This document shows, piece by piece, positions 11,948 to 24,649 of a stretch of 64,000 bases of DNA (the first letter of the stretch is position 1; each line of letters starts with the position of its first letter). The translations under genes and the position numbers were made by a program. Below the pieces are notes generated by a model. The model saw only the letters and a program-made list of their open reading frames with translations. It was not told the DNA's origin and made no database searches. This stretch comes from Mobula hypostoma (Eukaryota): contig NC_086097.1 of assembly GCF_963921235.1 (NCBI RefSeq), positions 98,954,001 to 99,018,000 on the forward strand, given 5' to 3'.

Positions 11948-13337
11948 CTGAATAAAGGAATAAGCTTTCATGGTAAAGGAAATACCCACATCATGGTGAC
12001 CATATGGTCCTTATAGTCTAGCTCTTTTCTAGACCCTGTTCTAAATTCCACAGCCTACAGAAACCTTTCTTCACCCAGCTGGCTGAACTCTTTGTGAGGG
12101 AAAGGCAGCAAGCAATGGAACAGGTTGCTGGGAATATTTGATGAGTGGGCAACTGGGTTCAGCTACTGTGTCTGTAGATCCAAGCTGGCTAAACCTTTCA
12201 TTTACTGCTGCCTCTCACATGGTGGCTACTGGTGAGGCTGGCATCTCCAGTTTTTGCCCTCTCACCCATAAAGCAGGACTTGTTTCCACAAATACTTTCC
12301 AACTGTTTTGTGATATTATGTTTCTCTCCCTTCTGGATCTTGTCCACAACTCTCTCCATTTTTCCTTCCACTCACAATGCTGATGTTTCAATTCCATTAT
12401 CCAGTTCCTCCATCAGAACATTACCACCATCTCCCAATCTGTCCTTATGTCATATCTCTCTTGATCACAGTCCGTTGCCTGATCTCTCCATCTCTCAAGC
12501 TACTCTTTCTCTCAGGTTAGATCTCAATCCCGCTCTCTTATGGATGTTTTGTTTTTGATGAAGGGATTGAACTGGCTGTATAATCAAAGAAAGATTTCCA
12601 ACACGGGGTCGTGGTTCCTGGATTGCCAGATGCTCTCCTCGCACAGAATTTATGAAAAATGTGTTTATACTCAGGACATTTCAAAACACTTCGCAGCCTG
12701 ACAGTCAATTCGAAGTGCAGTCACTATGGAGCCCATAAACCAATGTGCATGACAGGGTTCCATAAAGAGCTTTCAGTCTGTTTAAATATTTAGATTTTGC
12801 CAGGGCACCAGGTAGAACTTGCCACTCTCTTTCCCTTAATGCAGGATATTTTACATCCATCTCTGTGGGCAGATGTGGACTTGGTTTAACCTCATTCAGA
12901 AGATAGTATCTGTTACACTGCAGCATTGCATCAGTCTGGCTGCACTGTGTTCTCTGGACAGGGTCAAGTCTCAGCCCCCTATCTCAGAGATAAGAGCAAT
13001 GTCGTAAAGGTGTGGTTTTCACAACATCAATAGGAAGGATGGCTTTGTTAAAATTGGTTTGGGTAAACCAGTAAAGCTGAAAAAAACATAAATTCAAACA
13101 TCAATATGTGAAAACTTAAATGGTACCTGTACAGAGTTAATAGCTCATTATGGTAAGGTTTAAAGATATTAGAGAGGTCCCGGAAGGATTTTCTAAGTTA
13201 GATTTATATACACGAAGCATAAATCAAAATTGCCACAAGTGAAGTAAATGGTGTGAGGGACAATCCCTCAAGATTGAGGATGGCTTGGTTCCACTGTGCT
13301 CCTGTGGTTTCTTGGGTGTACACACCACTGACTCCCA

Positions 13338-16300
13338 CAGGTGGGACAGGGGGAGCCTGGTGGGGGAGCTGGGATAGGAGATGCCCGGTGGGACAGGTGG
13401 GACAGGATGTGCCTGGTGGGACAGGTGGGACAGGACGTATCCAGTGGGACAGGTGGGACAGGAGATGCCCACTGGGACAGGTGGGACAAGATGTGTCCAG
13501 TGGGACAGGTGGGACAGGAGGAGCCCAGTGGGACAGGACGTGTCTGGTGGAACAGTTGGGAAAAGAGGTGCCCAGCAGGGCAGGTGGGACGGGACAAGCC
13601 CAGTGGGACAGGTGGGAGAGGACGTGTCCAGTGGGACAGGCGGAACAGGATGTGCCAGTGGGACAGGTGGGACAAGAGGTGCCCAGCGGGACAGGAGATG
13701 CCCGGTGGGACAGGAGATGCCCGGTGGGACAGGTGGGACAGGACGTGCCCAGCGGGACAGGTGGGACAGGATGTGTCCAGCGGGACAGGTGGGACAGGAG
13801 TTGCCTGGTGGGACAGGTGGGACAGGACGTGTCCGATGGGACAGGTGGGACAGGACGTGTCTGGTGGGACAGGTGGGACAGGAGATGCCCAGTGGGACAG
13901 GTGGGACAGGACGTGTCCAGTGGGACAGGTGGGACGGGAGGAGCCCAGTAGGACAGGTGGGACAGGACGTGTCCAGTGGGACAGGTGGGACGGGAGGAGC
14001 CCAGTGGGACAGGTGGGACAGGACATGTCCAGTGGGACAGGTGGGACAGGTGGGACAGGACGTGTCCGGTGGAACAGGTGGGACAGGACGTGTCCGGTGA
14101 GACAGGTGGGACAGGACATGTCTGGTGGGACAGGTGGGACAGGTGGTACAGGACGTGTCCGGTGGGACAGGTGGGACAGGTGGGACCGGACGTGTCCGGT
14201 GGGACAGGTGGGACAGGACGTGTCCAGTGGGACAGGTGGGACAGGATGTGTCCAGTGGGACAGGTGGGACAGGACGTGTCTGGTGAGACAGGTGGGACAG
14301 GACATGTCTGGTGGGACAGGTGGGACAGGTGGTACAGGACGTGTCCGGTGGGACAGGTGGGACAGGTGGGACCGGACGTGTCCGGTGGGACAGGTGGGAC
14401 AGGTGGGACAGGACGTGTCCGGTGGGACAGGTGGGACAGGACATGTCCAGTGGGACAGGTAATGCCCAGTGGGACAGGTGGGACAGGTGGGACAGGAGAT
14501 GCCTGGTGGGACAGGTGGGACAGGACGTGTCCGGTGGGACAGGACATGTCCGGTGGGACAGGTGGGACAGAACGTGTCCGGTGGGACAGGTGGGACAGGT
14601 GGGACGGGACGAGCCCAGTGGGACAGGTGGGACAGGACATGTCCAGTGGGACAGGTGGGACAGGACGTGCCCGGTGGGTCAGGATGTGCCCGGTGGGACA
14701 GGTGGGACAGGAGGTGACCAGTGGGACAGGTGGGACAGGACGTGTCCAGTGGGACAGGTGGGACAGGAGGAGCCCAGTGGGACAGGTGGAACAGGACGTG
14801 TCCAGTGGGACAGGTGGGACAGGATGTGTCCAGTGAGACAGGTGGGACAGGACATGTCTGGTGGGACAGGTGGGACACGACTTGCCCAGTGGGACAGGTG
14901 GGACAGGACGTGTCCGGTGGGACAGGTGGGACAGGAGATGCCCAGTGGGACAGGTGGGACAGGAGGAGCCCAGTGGGACAGGTGGGACAGGAGATGCCTG
15001 GTGGGACAGGTGGGACAGGACGTGTCCGATGGGACAGGTGGGACAGGACGTGTCCGGTGGGACAGGTGGGACAGGAGATGCCCAGTGGGACAGGTGGAAC
15101 AGGACGTGTCCAGTGGGACAGGTGGGACAGGATGTGTCCAGTGAGACAGGTGGGACAGGACATGTCTGGTGGGACAGGTGGGACAGGACTTGCCCAGTGG
15201 GACAGGTGGGACAGGACGTGTCCGGTGGGACAGGTGGGACAGGAGATGCCCAGTGGGACAGGTGGGACAGGAGGAGCCCAGTGGGACAGGTGGGACAGGA
15301 TGTGTCCAGTGGGACAGGTGGGACAGGAGATGCCTGGTGGGACAGGTGGGACAGGACGTGTCCGATGGGACAGGTGGGACAGGACGTGTCCAGTGGGACA
15401 GGTGGGACAGGAGATGCCCAGTGGGACAGGACGTGTCCAGTGGAACAGGTGGGACAGGAGGAGCCCAGTGGGACAGGTGGGACAGGACGTGTCCAGTGGG
15501 ACAGGTGGGACAGGATGTGTCCAGTGGGACAGGTGGGACAGGTGGGACAGGACGTGTCCAGTGGGACAGGTGGGACAGGACGTGTCCGGTGAGACAGGTG
15601 GGACAGGACATGTCTGGTGGGACAGGTGGGACAGGTGGTACAGGACGTGTCCGGTGGGACAGGTGGGACAGGTGGGACCGGACGTGTCCGGTGGGACAGG
15701 TGGGACAGGTGGGACAGGACGTGTCCGGTGGGACAGGTGGGACAGGAGATGCCTGGTGGGACAGGTGGGACAGGTGGGACAGGACATGTCCAGTGGGACA
15801 GGTGGGACAGGAGATGCCTGGTGGGACAGGTGGGACAGGACGTGTCCGGTGGGACAGGTGGGACAGAACATGTCCGGTGGGACAGGTGGGACAGGACGTG
15901 TCCGGTGGGACAGGTGGGACAGGTGGGACAGGTGGGACGGGACGAGCCCAGTGGGACAGGTGGGACAGGAGATGCCCAGTGGGACAGGTGGGACAGGACG
16001 TGTCCGGTGAGACTGGTGGGACAGGGCATGCCTGGTGGGACAGGTGGGACAGGTGGTACAGGACGTGTCCGGTGGGACAGGTGGGACAGGTGGGACAGGA
16101 CGCGTCCAGTGGGACAGGTGGGACAGGACATGTCTGGTGGGACAGGTGGGACAGGTGGTACAGGACGTGTCCGGTGGGACAGGTGGGACAGGTGGGACCG
16201 GATGTGTCCGGTGGGACAGGTGGGACAGGTGGGACAGGACGTGTCCGGTGGGACAGGTGGGACAGGTGATGCCCAGTGGGACAGGCGGGACAGGACATGT

Positions 16301-17730
16301 CCAGTGGGACAGGTGGGACAGGAGATGCCTGGTTGGACAGGTGGGACAGGTGGGACAGGACGTGTCCGGTGGGACAAGTGGGACAGGACATGTCCGGTGG
16401 GACAGGTGGGACAGGACGTGTCCAGTGGGACAGGTGGAACAGGTGGGACGGGACGAGCCCAGTGGGACAGGTAGGACAGGACATGTCCAGTGGGACAGGT
16501 GGGACAGGAGATGCCCAGTGGGACAGGTGGGACAGGACGTGTCCAGTGGGACAGGTGGGACAGGACGTGCCCGGTGGGTCAGGATGTGCCCGGTGGGACA
16601 GGTGGGACAGGAGGTGACCAGTGGGACAGGTGGGACAGGACGTGTCCAGTGGGACAGGTGGGACAGGAGGAGCCCAGTGGGACAGGTGGAACAGGACGTG
16701 TCCAGTGGGACAGGTGGACAGGTGGGACAGGACTTGCCCGGTGGGACAGCTGGGACCGGACGTGTCCGGTGGGACAGGTGGGACAGGAGATGCCCAGTGG
16801 GACAGGTGGGACAGGATGTGTCCAGTGGGACAGGTGGGACAGGAGATGCCTGGTGGGACAGGTGGGACAGGACGTGTCCGGTGGGACAGGAGATGCCCGG
16901 TGGGACAGGTGGGACAGGACGTGTCCAGTGGAACAGGTGGGACAGGAGGAGCCCAGTGGGACAGGTGGGACAGGACGTGTCCAGTGGGACAGGTGGGACA
17001 AGATGTGTCCAGTGGGACAGGTGGGACAGGTGGGACAGGACGTGTCCAGTGGGACAGGTGGGACAGGACGTGTCCGGTGAGACAGGTGGGACAGGACATG
17101 TCTGGTGGGACAGGTGGGACAGGTGGTACAGGACGTGTCCGGTGGGACAGGTGGGACCGGACGTGTCCGGTGGGACAGGTGGGACAGGACATGTCCAGTG
17201 GGACAGGTGGGACAGGAGATGCCTGGTGGGACAGGTGGGACAGGTGGGACAGGACGTGTCCGGTGGGACAGGTGGGACAGGACATGTCCGGTGGGACAGG
17301 TGGGAGAGGATGTGTCCGGTGGGACAGGTGGGACCGGACGTGTCCGGTGGGACAGGTGGGACAGGACATGTCCAGTGGGACAGGTGATGCCCAGTGGGAC
17401 AGGTGGGACAGGACATGTCCAGTGGGACAGGTGGGACAGGACGTGTCCGGTGGGACAGGTGGGACAGGACATGTCCGGTGGGACAGGTGGGACAGGACGT
17501 GTCCGGTGGGACAGGTGGGACAGGTGGGACGGGACGAGCCCAGTGGGACAGGTGGGACAGGACATGTCCAGTGGGACGGGTGGGACAGGAGATGCCCAGT
17601 GGGACAGGTGGGACAGGACATGTCCAGTGGGACAGGTGGGACAGGACGTGTCCAGTGGAACAGGTGGGACAGGAGATGCCTGGTGGGACAGGTGGGACAG
17701 GTGGGACAGGTGGGACAGGTGGGACAGGTG
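13338..17730. repeat. About 4.4-kb G-rich minisatellite built from 9-bp modules
   Basis: GGGACAGGT modules alternate with variants such as GGGACAGGA-CGTGTCC(A/G)GT, GATGCCCAGT and GGAGCCCAGT. Strong G/C strand asymmetry. Confidence 0.97.
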
Positions 17731-18149
17731 AGTGGATAACTTGTGTATCATTTACTATCTGACTTCTTTTTAACCCTATTCGTTATTTTCCAGCTCAGGT
17801 AAGCAGCTTGCTTTACCTTCCTAGTGAGCCTTGTGATTTATCATTGTCAGCACGTACATTAAAAATGACCACCCTATGCAGGTCATTGCAAGTGAACCCC
17901 ATAAGGAGTTACGGCTCTCTGAGGGGAGAGCTGGCTAAAACGGACAGAGAAATTAAAGGGAATGAAAATCACTGGTGGCAGATATTCAAAGAGACGTTTC
18001 ATTACGTTGAACTTAGCTGCACACAATTGAAGTAATATTCCTGGTGTGGCCTAACCAAAGTTTTATAGTGCTGCAACATGAAACCAAAGATAATTCAGTA
18101 TAACTGAGTATATTTTAGGCCGAGGTAGATACAGCTTTGACTATAACCA

Positions 18150-18620
18150 GGGAGGTTGTACTGAGTCAGCAGTGGAAAGGGAGAGCAGTTTCAGGTTCCC
18201 GGTGTCAACATCTCAATTGAGGTCAATCCTCGGCCCAACACATTGATGCAGAGGGTTGTAAACTCAACCAGCTCCATCATGGCCCCAACCTCTCTGCCAT
18301 CCAACCCAGCTTCAAGAGGCTGTGCCTCAGGAAGGTGGCATCAGTCATGACGGACTCTCTCCAGCTGGGACACGCCCTATTCTCATTCCTACCATCAGGG
18401 GAGAGGACCAGGAGCCTGAGGACCCACACTCAGTGATCCCGGTGATCCCGGAACAGCTTCTCTGCCACCACACTTCTGAATGGCCTATGAACACCACCTC
18501 GTTATTCCATTTGTTCTCCACTATTTAGTTTCGTTTATGGTAATTTTATATCTTTTGTTGCTGCAGAGCAATTAATTTTAAGTCATACAAGTCAGTGATG
18601 ATGAATCTGATTCTGATCAG
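18150..18620 (+). mobile_element. Degenerate Rex1-like LINE 3' fragment
   Basis: gagggttgtaaactca.ccagctccatcatgg..ctaccatcagggga and a tail ending aatctgattctga. Confidence 0.5.
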
Positions 18621-18798
18621 ATCACCATTAATTTTACAGAATGGTAAGTAAAGCTAATTTGTCTATTACTGCTTCAGCTTCTCGTGTTCTTATCTCTCAG
18701 TTTCCATGTAATCTCTAGCAAATCCTTTGGGTTCTGATCAACCTCTCACTCAGTACATTTATAACGCTGCATGAAGAGTACTGCCCCCCACAACCTAC

Positions 18799-19016
18799 GT
18801 GAAAACCCGGCAGTCGCTGACGTAAGCCTGGATTTGCTCAGCTTCGATCAGCTTCTCCTTCCAGTCCCTGGCTTTCTGATGCAGGTTGCCCCAGGACTTT
18901 GCCACCTCTTCCAGGCGTTCTTGCAGGTTCTCCCTGATGTGAGGGTGTATCTCAGACAACCTCCTGGCTTCCTCGCCGATTCGTTCAACTTCGCCTCTTA
19001 TGGCTTCCAGCTCCCT
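18799..19016 (-). CDS. SPTBN5: SPTBN5 exon: RELEAIRGEVERIGEEARRL...SDCRVF
   Basis: Acceptor TTCTTTTTCCAG|AGG, donor AC|GTAGGT. 218 nt, phase 0 to 2. Confidence 0.9.
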
Positions 19017-20342
19017 CTGGAAAAAGAACAAGATCATCAGGCAAAATTGCATTCACATCCAACAAAAGTCCATATCGATCCTCACAAAAAAAAAACATGG
19101 AGGAAGATAATCCTCTGAATAATCTCGCCGGACAATCCATCACGTGGCATCTTAACTAATGCATTTTGGAAATCTAAATATGTAATGGTAAAGCCCATAT
19201 TGTTCTAATTCCATAAATAACCCGATAATAAAGCCAGTACCTTACCAATATCACCGGTACTTTAAGTATTGAGGAGACTGAAGTCACATCGATAATTGTT
19301 TCAGGTCAGTTTCCTAGCCAACAAAGTTAACCCACTTCCTTTCTGAACAAAACTGTTCTGACCCTGAGATAACCTGCCATGCCAGTCACCACAATATTCC
19401 CCATCTCACCCACATTACTCTTTGACTGAGACAGAGAAAGGATGGTAGGTTGAAGGAACCATGATGGACAAGAGAGATGGAACATTTAGTCAAGAAGAAT
19501 AAGGAAGCTTGCTCATGGTTTAGGAAGCAAAAATCAGACAGGGCTCTTGAGAGTTACAAGGCAGCCAAGAAGGAGCTTAAGAAGGGAGTTGGGAGAGCTA
19601 GAAGACGACATGAGAAGACCTTGGTGAGTAGGATTTAGGAAAGCTCCAAGGCATTCTACATGCATGTACGGATCAGAAGGATGATGAAACAGAGTAATGG
19701 TAAGACTGCTCAGGGTTAATAAGGAAAATGTATGCCTGCAGTTGGAGGAGGTAGGGGAGGTCCTTAATAAATACTTTGCTTCAGAGACCTCCTGGGAGAG
19801 GTACTTCGAAGAATGTGAGGTCAATGTCGAGGTTAAGAAAGAGTCAGTGTTGGAGCTTGTGAAAAACATTGGGATAGGTAAGTCACCAGGGCTGGGCGAT
19901 GCATCCCTGGTTATGACAGAAAGTGAAGGAAGAGATTGCTGGGGTGTTGATATGATCCTTGTATCCTCCCTGGCCACGGGAGCAGTACCAGAGGATTGCT
20001 TTGTTGTTCAAGAAAGGTAACAGGGTTAGTCCTGGGGATTACAGGCCAGTGAGACTTACAACAATGGTAGACAAACCCATGGGGAAGATTCTTAAGGAGA
20101 CGTTTATGTGCATTTGGAGAAACATAGTCTTATTAGGGATAGTCAACATGGCTCTGTGAGGGGCAGATCATGCCTAATGAGCCTGGATGAGTTTTTCGAG
20201 GAGGTGACAGAAGACATTGATGAAGGTACAGCAGAACATGTGGTGCATAAGGATTTTAGTAAGGTGTTTGGCGAAGTTCCCCAGGGAAGGTTCACCCAGA
20301 AAGTCATGAGGCATGGGATCCATGGAAATTTGGCTGCATGTA

Positions 20343-21850
20343 TTCCTTTTTCTCAGTTCCATCATCTCCGCTGCATATAGAAACATAGAAACATAGAAAC
20401 ATAGAAAATAGGTGCAGGAGTAGGCCATTCGGCCCTTCGAGCCTGCACCGCCATTTATTATGATCATGGCTGATCATCCAACTCAGAACCCAGCCTTCCC
20501 TCCATACCCCCTGACCCCTGTAGCCACAAGGGCCATATCTAACTTCCTTTTAAACATAGCTAATGAACTGGCCTCAACAGTTTGCTGTGGCAGAGAATTC
20601 CACAGATTCACCACTCTCTGTGTGAAGAAGTTTTTCCTAACCTCGGTCCTAAAAGGCTTCCCCTCTATCCTCAAACTGTGACCCCTCGTTCTAGACCTCC
20701 CCAACATCGGGAACAATCTTCCCGCATCTAGCCTGTCCAATCCCTTTAGGATCTTATACGTTTCAATCAGATCCCCCCTCAATCTTCTAAATTCCAACGA
20801 GTACAAGCCCAGTTCATCCAGTCTTTCTTCATATGAAAGACCTGCCATCCCAGGAATCAATCTGGTGAACCTTCTTTGTACTCCCTCTATGGCAAAGATG
20901 TCTTTCCTCAGATTAGGGGACCAAAACTGCACACAATACTCCAGGCGTGGTCTCACCAAGGCCTTGTACAACTGCAGTAGTACCTCCCTGCTCCTGTACT
21001 CGAATCCTCTCGCTATAAATGCCAGCATACCGTTCGCCTTTTTCACCGCCTGGGATGAGGCTTTCCCTTCCAGCACATCAGCGATGTCCTCTTTCTTCAA
21101 AGAACAGGGTTTCCCTTCCTCCACCATTGATGCTGCCCTCACCCGCATCTCCTCCATTTCCAACACCAAGCACTTCTTTACCTCACCCCACTCTCCACCC
21201 TCTGAAGGTATCACTGCCTCCGTGTTTCCCTTGTCCTTTCATCCCTGCCCACTAGTCTCCCTCCTGGCACAGCCTGAAACCAGCAGAAGTGCTACACCTG
21301 CCCGTTCTCCATTCAGGGCCCCAAACAGTCGAAGATCTTAATTCCTATCCCCATTCCTGTTCCGACAGGTCGGTCCATGGCCTCCTCTTTTGCCACGATG
21401 AGGCCAATCTCAGGTTGGAGGAGCGACACTTCATATTCTGTCTAGGTAGCCTCTATCCTGATGGTCTGAACATCGATTTCTCCAAATTCTGGTCATTTTT
21501 TCCCCCTTCCCCTTCCCTCTTCTTCATTTCTTCACTCTGGCTCCTTACGTCCTCTCCTCATCTGCCTATCACCTCTCACTGGTGCCCCTCCTCCTTCTCT
21601 TTCTCCTATGATCCGCTCTCCTCCCCATCAGAATCCTTCTTCCCCAGCCCTTTGCCTTTTCCACATATCACCTTGTAAGTTCTTACTTCATCCCCCTCCC
21701 CACCAACCAGGCTTCACCTTTCACCTTCCAGAGTCCACCTACCCCAACCTTCTTACTCTTTCTTCTTCTCCCATCCTCTCCAGTCCTGATGGAAGTGCCT
21801 TGGCAGAAATGTCGACTGTTTTCAGATGCTGCCTGACCTGCTGAGTGTGT
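20343..21850 (+). mobile_element. Penelope-like element fragment, itself interrupted by a CR1
   Basis: PFSQFHHLRCI (about 20345-20377) resumes as DEAFPSSTSAMSSFFKEQGFPSSTIDAAL at 21051. C-terminus HGLLFCHDEANLRLEERHFIFCLGSLYPDGLNIDFS. Decayed pLTR at 21781-21846. Confidence 0.82.
20377..21050 (-). mobile_element. Young 5'-truncated CR1 LINE
   Basis: Stop-free ORF2 C-terminus QAVKKANGMLAF...LEYCVQFWSP...FFTQRVVNLWNSLP...GGKAGF*. Perfect ATAGAAAC octamer tail repeats. Confidence 0.93.
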
Positions 21851-22015
21851 TACACGGATTCAGAATTGACATGCTACAGTAGGCAGGGTACGGTAGCAGA
21901 TGAAGCACATTTTGCATGAAGGTCAGTAGCTAGTGGTATTCCACGGGGATCTGTTCTTGGACCCCTGCTCTTTGTGATTTCCATAAATGATTTGGATGAG
22001 GAAGTGGAAGAGTGG

Positions 22016-23335
22016 GTCTCTGTCTCTGGAGACAGCTTATCCACTGATGTCTACTATAAGCCTACTGACTCTCACAGCTATCTACTATTCCTCTTCTCAT
22101 CCTGTCTCTTGCGAAAATGTCATCCCCTTCTCGCAATTCCTCTCTTTCTGCCGCATCTGCTCTCAGGATGAGGCTTTTCATTCCAGGACGAGGGAGATGT
22201 CCTCCTTTTTTTAAAGAAAGGGGCTTCCCTTCCTCCACCATCTACTCTGCTCTCAAACGCATCTCCCCCATTTCACGCACATCTGCTCTCACTCCATCCT
22301 CCCACCACCCCACTAGCAATAGGGTTCCCCTGGTCCTCACCTACCACCCCACCAGCCTCCAGGTCCAACATATTATTCTCCGTAACTTCCGCCACCTCCA
22401 ACAGGATCCCACCACTAAGCACATCTTTCCTTCCCCCCATCTGCTTTCCGCAGGGATCGCTCCCTATGCGACTCCCTTGTCCATTCGTCCCCCCCATCCC
22501 TCCCCACTGATCTCCCTCCTGGCACTTATCCTTGTAAGTGGAACAAGTGCTACACATGCCCTTACACTTCCTCCCACACCACCATTCAGGACCCCAGACA
22601 GTCCATCCAGGTGAGGCGACACTACACCCGTGAGTCGGCTGGGGTGATATACTGCGTCCGGTGCTCCCGATGTGGCATTCTATATATTGGCGAGACCTGA
22701 CGCAGACTGGGAGATCGTTTTGCTGAACACCTACTCTCTGTCTGCCAGAGAAAGCAGGATCTCCCAGCGGCCACACATTTTAATTCCACATCCCATTCCC
22801 GTTCTGATATGTCTATCCACGGCCTCCTCTACTGTTAAGGTGAAGCCACACTCAGGTTGGAGGAACAACACCTTATATTCCGTCTGGGTAGCCTCCAACC
22901 TGATGGCATGAACATTGACTTCTCTAACTTCCGCTAGGCCCCACCTCCCCCTCGTACCCCATCCGTTATTTATTTATATACACACATTCTTTCTCTCTCT
23001 CTCCTTTTTCTCCCTCTGTCCCTCTGACTATTCCCCTTGCCCATCCTCTGGGCTTTTTCCTCCCCTCCCCCTTTTTATTCTCCCTGGGCCTCCTGTCCCA
23101 TGATCCTCTCATATCCCTTTTGCCAATCACCTGTCCAGCTCTTGGCTCCATCCCTCCCCCTCCTGTCTTCTCCTATCATTTTGGATCTCCCCTCCCCCTC
23201 CCATTTTCAAATCTCTTACTAACTCTTCATTCAGTTAGTCCTGACGAAGGGTCTCGGTCCGAAACGTCGACTGTACCTCTTCCTAGAGATGCTGCCTGGC
23301 CTGCTGTGTTCACCAGCAACTTTGATGTGTGTTGC
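22016..23335 (+). mobile_element. Penelope-like retroelement, 5'-truncated (RT thumb, GIY-YIG endonuclease, pLTR)
   Basis: STDVYYKPTDSHSYL, RVPLVLTYHP, C..KCYTC, GVIYCVRCSRCGILYIGET*RRLGDRFAEH, GSLQPDGMNIDFSNFR* (stop about 22935). 11-bp direct repeat TGGAAGAGTGG at 22005-22015 and 23336-23346. Confidence 0.92.
23236..23273 (+). ncRNA. Minimal type-I hammerhead ribozyme motif (Penelope pLTR)
   Basis: TAGTC / CTGACGA / A-GGG-TCTCGG-TCC / GAAA / C-GTC / GACTG. This gives stem I, the conserved core, stem II, a palindromic ACGT stem III and a GUC cleavage triplet. Confidence 0.75.
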
Positions 23336-24298
23336 TGGAAGAGTGGTTTAGTAGGTTTGCAGATGACGCAGAGGTTGGTGGTGTGGAAGGTTGTCATAGG
23401 CTACCATGCAATATAGACAGGATACAGAGCTGAGCAGGGAAGTGGTAGATGGAGCTCCAGATGGAAAATTCGCTTGTGAATACAGTTTGGAAGACCGAAC
23501 TTGAAGGAGGAGTACATGATAAGATTCTTAGCCGTGTGGAGTGACAGAGGGATCTTGGGGTCCAAGGTGATAGATCGCTCTAATATGCTGTGTATGTTGA
23601 AAGGTGGTTAAGAAAGCCTTTTGCTTGTTGGCCTTCATTAGTTAGGGGATTGAGTTCAAGAAGCACAAGGTAATATTGCAGCTCTATAAAAGCCGGGCAC
23701 TGCTGCCAGGGGCTGGTGGCAGAGCTGGGATATTTAAGAGATAGGCACATGGAAGGAGGTAAAATAGAGGGTTATGGGCTGTGTAGGACAGAAGGATTAG
23801 ACTGATTGTGGATTAGTTTGTAGAGGTAGGCGCAACATCATGGGCTGAAGGGCTTGTACTGTGCCCCACTGTTCTATGTTCTAGACTATTATACCGCTCT
23901 CTCAGCTGGCTTCACACTTTCTAGACATGAACCGAACTGGAGCTCTGCTGCCTGTATCCTGACTTTTCACATTTAAGTGGAATGAGGCAAGCTTCATCAG
24001 TAAAAAAAAACACAGGAGTTACTTGGTCATGTTTGTGAACTTTGACACCAGTATGTCCCGGAAGTTACAAGGACAAGCTATACTAGTTTAGTAGCAATTA
24101 TTTGACCAGATTCAGTTCTAATCCTAAAGATAGAATATCATTTAGCTAAGAGTGGTCAAATTATGTTTGCGTTCAGTCAGGATTTGAGACCAGAGCTGAC
24201 TGGATTTTAATTTAGGCCAGGCATTTTTCAATTCTGCTGCGAGACATGTCAATGATTAATGGCCGCCGCTGCACACTTCAGTCCGTTGCCCTTCTTAC

Positions 24299-24454
24299 CT
24301 CCACACCTTCATGCTGTCGTAGCAACATTTGTACACAATTCAAATCGTGACCCAGGTCGTCTGTGCCCAGTGTGCTGTCCTTCTCCTGGATCCAGGCCTT
24401 CAGGTCAGACACATCATAGTCGAACTGGTGAACTTGGTGTGCTGCTCTCAGATT
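24299..24454 (-). CDS. SPTBN5: SPTBN5 exon: NLRAAHQVHQFDYDVSDLKAWIQEK...RQHEGVE
   Basis: Acceptor TTTCTCCAG|AAT, donor GAG|GTAAGA. 156 nt, phase 0 to 0. Confidence 0.92.
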
Positions 24455-24649
24455 CTGGAGAAAGGTGACATGGCCAGTTAGAACTGCAGCCCTGACCTTC
24501 CCACCCATCAGAGAGAGGTCCAAGACATGCCTCTCAGGAATATTATCACCACCTGCAACAAGCTGGACAATAAGGGAGAGGCCACAGCTGACCTCAGCCT
24601 TAGTCCTGACTAACTTACCTACTTCTTCAATGACTTGTGTGGTTTCTTT

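Larger units (their letters stand above)
19440..23882 (+). mobile_element. Old CR1 ORF2 fragment split into three pieces (about 19440-20340, 21855-22015, 23336-23882)
   Basis: Colinear with the CR1 at about 2330-4360: ...RDSQHGSVRGRSCL...MRHGIHG, then [16 protein letters not shown] region, then the remainder up to the ttctatgttcta tail. Confidence 0.82.

Noticed and set aside
13204..17762. ORFs up to 1382 aa (PVPPVP, CPTCPTG, HLSH, WDRWDR) that look like metal-binding or structural proteins
   Set aside because: They are open in nearly all six frames because the 9-bp modules lack stop codons. They lie in an intron and show no codon-level constraint.
20483..21214. 243-aa ORF as a novel fusion gene
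   Set aside because: Chance read-through from antisense Penelope sequence into a truncated CR1 ORF2 C-terminus, lacking the RT catalytic core.
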